Positions 1 to 9,183 of a DNA stretch of 64,000 nucleotides are shown piece after piece. The notes below the pieces were generated by a model. It did no database searches and had not been told where the DNA came from. It saw nothing but the letters and a program-made list of their open reading frames with translations. The stretch's first letter is position 1, and every line of letters begins with the position of its first letter. The stretch covers positions 32,001-96,000 of the forward strand of contig CAWGHO010000003.1 of NCBI GenBank assembly GCA_963822445.1, given 5' to 3'. A program made the translations under genes and the position numbers. Source of the DNA: an uncultured Acidobacteriota bacterium (lineage in GTDB: Bacteria > Acidobacteriota > Thermoanaerobaculia > Gp7-AA8).

Positions 1-2258
1 TCGCCGGAGTCCTTCCACCGCCCGTCCTCGACGACCTGCTTTTCGAACAGCAGCGACTTCACATGGCCGAATTCATCCGAGACCGCTTCGACCGGCGAGA
101 GCATCTCCGCGTACGCGATGCCTTCCTCGAAGGCTTTCTCGATCTCTTCGAAGTTGAGTCGATACGCGGGGGAGTCGTTCATCGACTTGCGGTAGGCGAT
201 GGTGACGCCGCCCCAGCCGCGCACGAGGGGGATGAAGTTCGGCGCTTCGGCCGCGGCCGCGGCTCGCGCGCGTTCTTCGCGCACGGCGCGGCCGTGGCCG
301 AGGAATTCGTCGAGGATCTGCAGCTCCTCGGCGTCATATCCGGCACGGACGGTTTGCTCGGCGAGATCCGCGCACATCGACTCGTAGCGCTCCAGCACCT
401 TCTCGACCTGCACCGGGTAGTAGGCGAAGAGCTCCGTGGCCGTGTCGATGGCGGTGAGTCCGCCGCCGATGACGATCGCCGGTAAACGCACCTGCAGGTT
501 GGCGAGCGAGTTCTTCTTGAACGCGCCGGTGAGCTGCAGGGCCATCAGGAAATCGGAGGCCTGACGCATGCCGCGCACGAGGTTGTTCTTCATGCGCACG
601 ATGGTCGGCGTGCCCGCGCCCGCGGCGATGGCGATGTGATCGAACCCCAGCTCGTCGAACGCTTCTTCGATGGTGATCGTGCCGCCGAATCGCACGCCGC
701 CGTAGACGCGCAGGTTGCGTTTGCGCTCGAGGGCGATGCGAATGACTTTCAGGAAGTTCTTGTCCCACCGAACGGTGATGCCGTACTCGGACACGCCGCC
801 GAAACCCGCCAGCAGACGGTCGTCGAGGTCTTCCCACAACACGCGCGCGTCTTTGATGGGCTCGCGCAGCCAGGCTTCGTCGATCGGTTCGATCTTCAGT
901 CCGTCGATGGCCACCACGCCGAATCCCTCGTTGGCCAGGTAATGCGCGAGCGTGTATCCCGCCGGTCCAAGTCCAACGACGAGCACGTTCTTGCCGTTGT
1001 ACGGCAGGGCCATGGGCCGCTTCGCGTTGAGCGGGTTCCAGCGCGTCAGCAGCGAGTAGATCTCGAAGCCCCACGGAAGGAAGAGCACGTCCGTCAGCGC
1101 GCCGGTCTCGATCTGGGGGATGTTCACCGGGTCCTGCTTCTGGAAGATGCAGGCGCGCATGCAGTCGTTGCAGATGCGGTGGCCGGTGCCGGGGCACATC
1201 GGGTTGTCGATCATGACCATCGCCAGCGCGGCGATGGCGTCGCCGTCGGCGCGCAGGAAGTTCATCTCCCCGATGCGCTCGTCGAGCGGACAGCCTTCCA
1301 GCGGCATCCCCAACGGATTCGGTTTGAAGGTGTTGTTGGGAAGCTGAAAGCCGCGCGAGCAGGAGTCTTTCTTCCGCTCGTGGCAATAGATGCAGTAGTG
1401 CGACTCGTCGGTGATCTCGCGCGGCGTCATGCGCGCGTCTGTGAGATGAAACGCATCGCGCCGGCGGAAATGATGGTGATCGCCGCCGAATCGCAGCTCG
1501 TCGACAGCCTTGGTCGGCACGAGCTTGTCGAACACCATCGGCCGCGGCAAACGGAACGAGGTCCAGCCCGCGAACGCGCCCGCTTTCCACTGCGCCGCGG
1601 TCCAGTCGACGAGCAGGTCGACGAGCGCGTGCAACGCCGCGGCTTCGCGCGTCGCCGCTTCGGCGGACGCGACCCGCTCGCGCCGCGCCAGATCGCCGAA
1701 GAGCTTCACGTCGAGATGCTCGCGCAGCTGCTCGAGCGCGGCGTGCGCGTCCGCGGACGGCGAGTACTCCTTCGCGCCGCGCGGGTAGTCGCGCTCCAGA
1801 TCGAGCAGGCGATTGGCTGTCGTCGCCAGCGCGAGCTCGAGATCAGGCTCGTTCGGCGCGACCGTGTGAATCAGCGCGTGTGCCGCGGCGTCGTTTCCGG
1901 CGGTAACGTTCTGAACCTTGGCCACGCGTTTTGTGACGAACTCCCGCTTGAAGCGCGCGACTTCCGTATCTTTCCGCGCCCGATTCTTGAGCGAGGTCAC
2001 GCCGGACTCGACCCGGAAGAGTTGCGCGAGAAACGCGCCGAGCGCGCGGCTTACGGCGATCAGCAGCGCCGATTCTTCCGGTGTGCCAAGGCCGCCGTGC
2101 TCGTCGCCGCCCTGAACCGCGGTCCGATATGCGTCGAAGCGGCGGAAAAGATCGGCATCGTGCTCGTCGACGTAACGATCGAACGCCGCGGAAAGGCGCC
2201 GGAGGCCGGCGTCGGAGTTGAGGTCGTCGTAGGTGAAAGCGTCGATTCCGAGGTTCAT
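1..2258 (-). CDS. FAD/NAD(P)-dependent Fe-S oxidoreductase, glutamate synthase small subunit (GltD)-like; C-terminus runs off the window start
   Basis: Not in the ORF track. Hand translation from ATG at 2258 (ATGA overlap with the stop of the upstream gene) gives MNLGIDAFTYDDL...HYCIYCHERKKDSCS...GCPLDE...NPMCPGTGHRICNDCMRAC...VLVVGLGPAG, i.e. Cys clusters plus a Rossmann GxGxxG. Confidence 0.8.
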   Translation of the reverse strand, partial: MNLGIDAFTYDDLNSDAGLRRLSAAFDRYVDEHDADLFRRFDAYRTAVQGGDEHGGLGTPEESALLIAVSRALGAFLAQLFRVESGVTSLKNRARKDTEVARFKREFVTKRVAKVQNVTAGNDAAAHALIHTVAPNEPDLELALATTANRLLDLERDYPRGAKEYSPSADAHAALEQLREHLDVKLFGDLARRERVASAEAATREAAALHALVDLLVDWTAAQWKAGAFAGWTSFRLPRPMVFDKLVPTKAVDELRFGGDHHHFRRRDAFHLTDARMTPREITDESHYCIYCHERKKDSCSRGFQLPNNTFKPNPLGMPLEGCPLDERIGEMNFLRADGDAIAALAMVMIDNPMCPGTGHRICNDCMRACIFQKQDPVNIPQIETGALTDVLFLPWGFEIYSLLTRWNPLNAKRPMALPYNGKNVLVVGLGPAGYTLAHYLANEGFGVVAIDGLKIEPIDEAWLREPIKDARVLWEDLDDRLLAGFGGVSEYGITVRWDKNFLKVIRIALERKRNLRVYGGVRFGGTITIEEAFDELGFDHIAIAAGAGTPTIVRMKNNLVRGMRQASDFLMALQLTGAFKKNSLANLQVRLPAIVIGGGLTAIDTATELFAYYPVQVEKVLERYESMCADLAEQTVRAGYDAEELQILDEFLGHGRAVREERARAAAAAEAPNFIPLVRGWGGVTIAYRKSMNDSPAYRLNFEEIEKAFEEGIAYAEMLSPVEAVSDEFGHVKSLLFEKQVVEDGRWKDSG

Positions 2259-2707
2259 TTCCGCTTGATGTAGATCACTTTCTGCACCGACGCGTGCACC
2301 ACGCCCTCCGCATCGACGAGGTCGACATTGTAGGTGCGATCGATCGGCGTGCCCGACGCGGTTGCATCACGAATGGCGTTCAGCTCATCGTCATCGAGCT
2401 GGAACGTCGCGAAGAGCGTGTTGCGGCCGGGCTTGCGGAAGCGGATCGTCGCGGCCTTGTCCCAGACGACGTAGTCGCGGCCGAGGAGCTGCATCAGCAT
2501 GATCATGTACATCGGGTCGACCGCGCCGTACATCGAGCCGCCGTAGATCGTCCCGACCGCATTGCGCGAACGGAACGTCAGCGGGAGTTTCACGCGCGCT
2601 TCGCGGAAGTCCGCGGAGATGTACGTGACCCGCGCGCCCGTGCCGCGGTAGGCGGGGAAGAGATTGAACTTCCAGCGCAGGACGCGCGATTTGAAGGATT
2701 CAGGCAT
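2255..2707 (-). CDS. Hotdog-fold thioesterase-like protein (DUF4442/YiiD-C type)
   Basis: FNLFPAYRGTG...RNAVGTIYGGSMYGAVDP...VWDKAATIRFRKPG signature. Confidence 0.75.
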   Translation of the reverse strand: MPESFKSRVLRWKFNLFPAYRGTGARVTYISADFREARVKLPLTFRSRNAVGTIYGGSMYGAVDPMYMIMLMQLLGRDYVVWDKAATIRFRKPGRNTLFATFQLDDDELNAIRDATASGTPIDRTYNVDLVDAEGVVHASVQKVIYIKRK

Positions 2708-5700
2708 GGCGTGCGGACCAGATCAGCGATAACGCCGCGAAGACGAACAGCGCAATTCCGTGGGCGATGAGATCGAACCGCTGATTCATCACCAGCACCG
2801 CCGCACTTTGCGCGACCAGGGCGATGAAGACCGCCAGCGGCCAGGCCAGCGGGTTGGCGTCGAGGATATAGCGGCCGATCAGCCAGGTCAGCAACGCGAC
2901 GACCACCGCGCCGATCAGCATCAGCGGCACCTGCGCGTGCGTCGCGGACGGATCGACGCTCGCGCAGAAGACCGCGGCGATCGTGATCAGCGCCGCCCGT
3001 TTCCGCAGAGCGAGTGAGTAGAGCGCAACCGCTCCGGAGACGATCAGCGCGCCGATGATGGCCTGCGATCCCTCGATCAGCGACGGCAGCGGCGTGGCGA
3101 TGACGCCGGGGATGTGGAAGTTGATTCGCGCGGCGGACGGGAAGGCGACGGCCAGCCATTCCAGCGCGCTGTCGACGATCATCACCATCGCCACCGCGGT
3201 GATCGCGGCGATGGCCGCGCTTCTGCCGAATCGCGCGCGTCCTTCACGGCGGATCAGGCTGAGCGCGTAAGGAATCGCCGCTTCCAACCCGGCCAGCGCG
3301 AGGAACAGCAGGCCGCATTGCAGGCCGACGTCGCGGACGAAATCGGTGACGAGCCGGACCTGGAACGTCTCCCAGGCCACGCTCGTGCTGTAGCCGAAGA
3401 GCGTCGATTCGTACCGCGCGATCCACGCCGCGATGGGGATGATCGCCAAGGCCAGCGTCCAGCGCATTGCGCGCCGCGACGGCAGTCCGTGCATGCGCGA
3501 GGCGAGCACGACTCCGGTCACCACCAGCGCGAGCAGCGTGACGGTGCCGATGATCTTCAAGGCGAGCATGACCACGTGCACGAGCGTCTGCGTACCGGCG
3601 TCGCGGCGCACGCTTTCGGGAAGGTGCACATGCTTGTTGAACTGCGTGACCTCGCTGCCCGCGACGCGCACGGTCACGCGGCGATAGGCTTGCACCGCCA
3701 GCGGCGTCCGATCCTCGAAGTGAAACAGCCAGTCCCGCCGCGCCGGCTGTTGAAAACTCAGCGCTTCCTTCAGGTCGAACTGCGCCACGTCCACGCCGTA
3801 CGTCTTGAACGAGGACTGAGCGATCGCAAGCGCCGCGGCCTGCTCGAGCGAAGGGCCGGCATTCCGCTCGTCCTGATACTTGTGAAAGCCGATCGCCCGG
3901 GAGGTGCGCGGGTCGATCTCGACGAAGACTTCTTCCTTCTTCATCGGCGTGAAGAAGCGAACGGTCCACGTGCCCGCTTCGAGACGTTCGCGGAACATGC
4001 GCGTCAGCTCGGGAATCGACGTGCCGTTCTCGACGAGATACGTCGCGGCGACGTCGTCGAAGCCTGCCGGCGCACCGCCGTCCTCGCGCGTCGATTCCCG
4101 ATCCCAGGAGCGGAAACCTTCCACCGGCGTGGCAATGACGTACGAGTACTTTTCGCGGACGTGCTGCGTGGCGATCGCTTTCGCCTTCGCGCCGTCGATG
4201 CGGTAATCGATCGCGTCGTAAACCGACGGAGCGCGGAACACGACCGCCAGCGCGGCGATGATCACCGAGATCACGCAGGCCAGCACCATCCGCCGCGATA
4301 CCGGCATCGGCGGCGGGAACTCCGCCGCGGCCACAGCCACCTCGGGATGCTCCGGCGGTGGCGACGTCGGCATCGCCGCGTTCGTCAGATCGTCATCGGA
4401 GACGAATCCGCGGTTCCGCACGTACAACGCGATCGACGCGATGAGCGGCACGGCAAAGATGAGACTCGCCAACGCGGCCGAGGCGACGTAGTAGGTGTTG
4501 CCGGATGCAAAGAGCAACGTCGCCGTGTAAACCGCGTCGATGGTGTAGTGCCAGATCAGCAGAGGCAGCAATCCGAAGCGATCCATCAGCAGTCCGGCCA
4601 CGATCCCGACCAGCCCCACTTCCACGCCGCGAATCCAGAACGGCTGGTTGGGATACGTCGAGTGTCCGAATCCCCAGATGAAGCCCGCCAGCACGATGGC
4701 GAAGAGCCGCGACCGCACGATCTTCTGGAAAAACGGGATCGAGAAAGCCCGCGACAAAAACTCCTCGGACATCGCCGGAAAGAACCCCGCGAACAGCACC
4801 ATCACCCAGGGGAAAGCGCTGTTCAGCATGTCGTCGTACGGCACTTCCGCCGGTGCCCACGCGCCGGCGCGCCGCGCAGCGAGGTAGAAGACGACCTGAT
4901 AAGCCATGAACAACGGCACCAGCGCGTAGCCGAGGATCATGCCGAGGAAGACGCGCTTCGACGCGAGGGCCTTGCGCGACCAGAGCCGCGGCATGGCCAG
5001 CTGATTCGGCAGACGCTCGCGATACAGCACCTCGCCCGCGCCGCAGATCACGATCAGCAGCATCCCCGTGCCGATGCATTGCAGAACGCCCATGACCCCG
5101 AGTTGCGCCAGGAACGCGGGATACGACGTGGTCGTGTCGTAGTACGCGAACTGCGACGGCATCGAGTTCAACGCCACGCCCGCGGTCAGGAGCATGCCGG
5201 CGAGGCCGATGATCAACAGGAACCGCAGCGGAAGATCGCCGCGGCGCAGGCGAACGATGAACACGACCAGCGCGGCGATCATGGTGATGACGTTGAAGAT
5301 CAGATCGACCGAACCGGCGGCGACGTTCTTCGAGCGCAGCTCGCGATACGAGCGCAACCACGCATCGGGCACTTTCAATCGCTGCGAGTACTCGGTGACG
5401 AGATTGCCGTCGACGGTCACGACGTGCCGGTAGGGCGCGTCAGCGGGGCGGATCGATTTCGACTCGAAGGTGTAGATCCGCTGCAGCCGTTTGGGCAGCG
5501 TGCGCTGGCTTTGATCGAGCAGATTCAGATCGTCGCGCCGTACGCCGATGCGATCGAGAAAGGCCCCCGCCGCACGAAGCGCATCTCCCTCGGCAATCGC
5601 CCGATCCTCGGGCACGACATGGCGGTAGCTGACGACATGGCCGGTCGGTGCGACGTCGACGCTGATCTCTTCCTCGACCAGCGGCTTGAACCAGCGGTGG

Positions 5701-6008
5701 TGCCAGTACCAGACCCGGACCTGATCGCGCATGACCCGGTTGGCGTTCTCGAGTCCGAGGGAGCGTTCGAGGAAGATGCGCGCATAGCCGTCGGATTCGA
5801 AGCTCGCGGCGTGCTTCATCTCCTTCACGTCGATCGGAAGGAGTTTTTCGGCGACGGCCTTCGACGCGTTGCGGTCGTACTTGAAATCGATCGACGCTTC
5901 CGGAAAGGCCGTCGAGAAGTAGCGCGCGACGACGACGATCGACAGCGCCGCGAGAACGAGGCAGACCGCGATCAGCGTCCAGTCGCGGCGATGAAGGCGC
6001 TCGATCAC
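2700..6008 (-). CDS. Large CPBP (CAAX/Abi) family intramembrane glutamic endopeptidase with duplicated extracytoplasmic domain
   Basis: SEEFLSR, FIWGFGH and WHYTIDA CPBP motifs; many TM segments; 1102 aa. Confidence 0.8.
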   Translation of the reverse strand: MIERLHRRDWTLIAVCLVLAALSIVVVARYFSTAFPEASIDFKYDRNASKAVAEKLLPIDVKEMKHAASFESDGYARIFLERSLGLENANRVMRDQVRVWYWHHRWFKPLVEEEISVDVAPTGHVVSYRHVVPEDRAIAEGDALRAAGAFLDRIGVRRDDLNLLDQSQRTLPKRLQRIYTFESKSIRPADAPYRHVVTVDGNLVTEYSQRLKVPDAWLRSYRELRSKNVAAGSVDLIFNVITMIAALVVFIVRLRRGDLPLRFLLIIGLAGMLLTAGVALNSMPSQFAYYDTTTSYPAFLAQLGVMGVLQCIGTGMLLIVICGAGEVLYRERLPNQLAMPRLWSRKALASKRVFLGMILGYALVPLFMAYQVVFYLAARRAGAWAPAEVPYDDMLNSAFPWVMVLFAGFFPAMSEEFLSRAFSIPFFQKIVRSRLFAIVLAGFIWGFGHSTYPNQPFWIRGVEVGLVGIVAGLLMDRFGLLPLLIWHYTIDAVYTATLLFASGNTYYVASAALASLIFAVPLIASIALYVRNRGFVSDDDLTNAAMPTSPPPEHPEVAVAAAEFPPPMPVSRRMVLACVISVIIAALAVVFRAPSVYDAIDYRIDGAKAKAIATQHVREKYSYVIATPVEGFRSWDRESTREDGGAPAGFDDVAATYLVENGTSIPELTRMFRERLEAGTWTVRFFTPMKKEEVFVEIDPRTSRAIGFHKYQDERNAGPSLEQAAALAIAQSSFKTYGVDVAQFDLKEALSFQQPARRDWLFHFEDRTPLAVQAYRRVTVRVAGSEVTQFNKHVHLPESVRRDAGTQTLVHVVMLALKIIGTVTLLALVVTGVVLASRMHGLPSRRAMRWTLALAIIPIAAWIARYESTLFGYSTSVAWETFQVRLVTDFVRDVGLQCGLLFLALAGLEAAIPYALSLIRREGRARFGRSAAIAAITAVAMVMIVDSALEWLAVAFPSAARINFHIPGVIATPLPSLIEGSQAIIGALIVSGAVALYSLALRKRAALITIAAVFCASVDPSATHAQVPLMLIGAVVVALLTWLIGRYILDANPLAWPLAVFIALVAQSAAVLVMNQRFDLIAHGIALFVFAALSLIWSARHA

Positions 6009-6622
6009 AGAAGGCCGGTCAGAATCAGATCGGCGACCTGCTCGCCCTGCGCGCCGAGGTCGTAGGCCTTCTCGGAGAGGATCCAGGAAGTCACCATCTC
6101 GTCGAGGATTCCGAAGATCGACTTGGCCACGAGCTGCGGGTGCACGTTGCGGCGGAAGCTGCCTTCCTGCTGGCCGTATTCGACGATGCGCCGGATGACG
6201 TTGAGATAGTCCTTGACCTCCTGCTGCGAGAAGAGGCTCATGAACTTGAGGCTGTGGCGGAGCTCGACCTGCGACACGATGGCCAGCGAGCGGTCGCGGC
6301 CGAGGGTCTCCAGGTGATGGCGCACGGCGATGCGCAGCCGGTCGTCGGCGCGATTGACGTTCGCCAGCTGCTGCTCGAGCGAGCGCAGGTAGTTGCGCGT
6401 GTGCTCGCGGAAGATCGTGATGAGCAGATCTTCCTTGCCGTCGAAGTAGAGGTAGATCGTGCCGTCGGCGACGCCCGCGGCCTTGGCGATCTGCGCGACC
6501 TTGGCGTTGAAGTAGCCGAATTCGGCGAAGACGTCGACGGCCGCGCGAAGGATGCGCTCGCGCTTCGACGTGCCGCGAAAGGTGTCAGGTTCGTGAGTTG
6601 TGGGGGAGGGTGTGCGGGCCAT
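6005..6622 (-). CDS. TetR/AcrR family regulator, FadR(YsiA)-like
   Basis: ILRAAVDVFAEFGYFNAKVAQIAKAAGVADGTIYLYFDGKEDL HTH. Start taken at ATG 6622 (alternative 6640). Confidence 0.88.
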   Translation of the reverse strand: MARTPSPTTHEPDTFRGTSKRERILRAAVDVFAEFGYFNAKVAQIAKAAGVADGTIYLYFDGKEDLLITIFREHTRNYLRSLEQQLANVNRADDRLRIAVRHHLETLGRDRSLAIVSQVELRHSLKFMSLFSQQEVKDYLNVIRRIVEYGQQEGSFRRNVHPQLVAKSIFGILDEMVTSWILSEKAYDLGAQGEQVADLILTGLL

Positions 6623-6625
6623 CGG

Positions 6626-6661
6626 CGAATGAATGCTCATTCAGCGCGGGTGTGGTGTCAA
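6626..6661 (-). promoter_or_regulatory. Putative sigma70 promoter with overlapping FadR/YsiA-type operator
   Basis: Minus strand TTGACA-N17-GAGCAT. Palindrome CGAATGAATGCTCATTCA (6626-6643) resembles the B. subtilis FadR box TGAATGANTANTCATTCA. Confidence 0.6.
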
Positions 6662-7048
6662 GAGCGCCCGGATTTTGTCCACGAGATGTTCATCGCGATC
6701 GGCTCGCGTTTTGGCGTCGAATGCGGCGAACACGTCATCGCGGCTGGTGTCGTTCATCACCGGGTAGATGTGGATGTGGAGATGCGGCGTGGCGATGCCG
6801 AGCTTCATAGTCATGGCCCGATCGGCGCCCGTCGCATGTAGGAGTGCTCGCTCGGCGCGGCGCCAGGTCCTGCTGAAGTGCTCCCACTCGTGGTCGCTGA
6901 GATCGCTCAGGTTCTGCACGTGACGGCGCGAGACGATCATCGCGTGACCGGGGACGGCCCAGTCTTCATGAAGCACGACCCAGGCGTGGGCGCTTTCGTG
7001 AACGATGTCACCGCTGCGGGTGATGTCGGTGCAGAAGACGCACTGCAT
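6641..7048 (-). CDS. HIT family protein
   Basis: N-terminal CVFC; PGH; HLHIH histidine triad. Confidence 0.88.
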   Translation of the reverse strand: MQCVFCTDITRSGDIVHESAHAWVVLHEDWAVPGHAMIVSRRHVQNLSDLSDHEWEHFSRTWRRAERALLHATGADRAMTMKLGIATPHLHIHIYPVMNDTSRDDVFAAFDAKTRADRDEHLVDKIRALLTPHPR

Positions 7049-7054
7049 GCGCTG

Positions 7055-7062
7055 ACTATAAT
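7055..7062. promoter_or_regulatory. Overlapping bidirectional -10 elements for the divergent HIT and aldo/keto reductase genes
   Basis: TATAAT (+, 7057-7062) is 9 nt before ATG 7072; TATAGT (-, 7055-7060) is 6 nt before ATG 7048. Confidence 0.55.
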
Positions 7063-7071
7063 CCGCCGCTC

Positions 7072-8040
7072 ATGCGCACGATCCGCCTCGGCCGCACCAA
7101 CATCAACGTCCCCGCGGTCTCCCTCGGCACCTGGGGTCACGGCGGCGAGCGGGTCACCGACACAGGCGTGTCCGTCGGCTGGAGCGGTCACGATGACGGA
7201 CTCGCCAAAGACGCATTGATCGCCGCGTACCGCCACGGCATCACTCATTGGGACACGGCCGACGCGTACGGCGACGGCCATTCCGAGCGGCTGATCGGCG
7301 AGATCTGGGGCGACGTTCCGCGCAACGAGATCTTTCTGGCGACGAAATTCGGCTACATCTACGGTCCGGCCAACCATCCATACGATCCGAAGTTCATGCG
7401 CGCGCAGGCCGAGCGCTCGTTGCGGGACATGCGCACGGACGTCGTCGACCTCTACTACTTTCATCACTGCGATTTCGGCCCCAACGACGAGTACTTCGAC
7501 GGCGCGCTCGAGGTCATGCGCCGCCTGCGCGAGGAAGGAAAGATCCGTTTCATCGGCATCTCCGATTGGGACGGCTCGCGCATCATGAAGTTCATCGAGC
7601 GCGCCGATCCGGACGTCGTGCAGCCCTATCGCAATCTCGTCGACGACGAGTACGAATCGAGCGGACTGAAGGCGTGGGTGGACTCGCACGACCTCGGCGT
7701 GGCGTTCTTCTCGCCGCTGAAACATGGATTGCTCCTCGGCAAGTACGACTCGACCGTCGAATACGGCGAAGGCGATTTCCGGCGCAACGTCGACGACTTC
7801 CGCGATCCTGCCGCGATCGCGCGCTACAAACGCGCCGCTGCCGAGACGCGCGCCCGGTTCGCTGATCGCTCACCGGAGCCGGTGATGCACGCGGTAGTCG
7901 GCGCGCTGCTGACGGACAACCCGACCGCCTGCGTCCTCCTCGGCCAGCGCAATCCGAAGCAGGTTGCGGCAGCCGCGTCGATCGGCGAGGCGCTCAGCGC
8001 GGAGGATGCGGCGTGGGTGCGCGGGCAATATCGCGCGTGA
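7072..8040 (+). CDS. Aldo/keto reductase
   Basis: LGTWG, WDTADAYGDGHSE, LATKFG, DLYYFH, GKIRFIGIS and FSPL motifs. Confidence 0.92.
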   Translation: MRTIRLGRTNINVPAVSLGTWGHGGERVTDTGVSVGWSGHDDGLAKDALIAAYRHGITHWDTADAYGDGHSERLIGEIWGDVPRNEIFLATKFGYIYGPANHPYDPKFMRAQAERSLRDMRTDVVDLYYFHHCDFGPNDEYFDGALEVMRRLREEGKIRFIGISDWDGSRIMKFIERADPDVVQPYRNLVDDEYESSGLKAWVDSHDLGVAFFSPLKHGLLLGKYDSTVEYGEGDFRRNVDDFRDPAAIARYKRAAAETRARFADRSPEPVMHAVVGALLTDNPTACVLLGQRNPKQVAAAASIGEALSAEDAAWVRGQYRA

Positions 8041-8105
8041 CAGGAATGTCCCGGCTCCGCGCGGTCGCTGCGTCAGGGCCGGCGAACCGAATCCCCGCCG
8101 CCGGC

Positions 8106-9170
8106 TCAGGAGACGATGACGCCCTCTCGTACAGTCGTCCAGACGACGGACCATCGTGCGCCCGAGCGACGCATCACCACGAGGTACGTGGCCGTTCTGG
8201 GAGTGTCATCCGACGTGCGATGGGTCATGCTGAGGATTGCGATGTCGCCGCCGTAGGCAGGCAGTGAGACGAGCACCGATGGTCGTGACCCTGTCCGTTT
8301 GTCGCCGGGTGCACGTTTGCGAACGCCCTTGATCGAGAATGTCGAGGGCTCGAACTCGAGCACTTCGCTGTTGCGACGGAAAAGCTCGGCAAGCGTGGGC
8401 TCCGGAACCTCGAACGATGCCTTCGACTCGCGCTGGCGGCGCCGCCATTCGGCTGGATCAGGCGGAAAATCGGTTACGCCCACGAGATCGAACGCTCCTC
8501 GCTTCGTCACCAGCCACTCCAGCGCCGCTGTCATCGCAGCGCGATCGGTGGCGCTGATTTCCCGTTCCTGTGCCGTGGGCTTGGGACTGGAGAAAAGCCG
8601 GCCGCCGTCAATCACTGCATCCCACTCACCATCGCGGTCGCTCTTGCGGGTCAGCACGATCAGTTGCCTGTGCGCATTCTCGACGTGCGATCCGATCGCC
8701 TCTGCATACACAGCGGCCGTCCGGCCGTCCTTCGAGAAGACCGGCGTCGACACGCGGATGACGAGACCAACCGCGGCGTCCAGGCCTTCGCCGGCGAACG
8801 TTGGTGCCAGTTCCGGTGCTGAAACCACCTTGATCTGCGGGAGATCCTCTGATTTCCATGTGCCGAGCTCGATGATGGATGCGCTCCGCAGCTGCGTGTA
8901 AAGGTCGTTCCGTTCGGCCTTCAGCGTCTCCACGGCGAACCGCATGTCGTCGCCGGCAAGCGCCGGGAATGGGATCGTTTCGTTTGCAACGAGAACTACG
9001 CGACGGTCTGCCGCATTGGACCAGTCGTCCCAATCGTGCCTCTGCTGCTCGATCAGCGAGCGAATCACCCTCTCGATGACTTCGGTTTCGGGCGGCGTCG
9101 GATTCGTTTGCGCCGACAGGGAGCAAACGCTCAGAAGCACGATCACGAGACTGGGCAGGCGCTCGAGCAT
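8106..9170 (-). CDS. Hypothetical secreted protein
   Basis: Signal-peptide-like N-terminus (SLVIVLLSVCSLSAQ); no recognised domain. Confidence 0.6.
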   Translation of the reverse strand: MLERLPSLVIVLLSVCSLSAQTNPTPPETEVIERVIRSLIEQQRHDWDDWSNAADRRVVLVANETIPFPALAGDDMRFAVETLKAERNDLYTQLRSASIIELGTWKSEDLPQIKVVSAPELAPTFAGEGLDAAVGLVIRVSTPVFSKDGRTAAVYAEAIGSHVENAHRQLIVLTRKSDRDGEWDAVIDGGRLFSSPKPTAQEREISATDRAAMTAALEWLVTKRGAFDLVGVTDFPPDPAEWRRRQRESKASFEVPEPTLAELFRRNSEVLEFEPSTFSIKGVRKRAPGDKRTGSRPSVLVSLPAYGGDIAILSMTHRTSDDTPRTATYLVVMRRSGARWSVVWTTVREGVIVS

Positions 9171-9183
9171 GTCGAAGGGCGCC

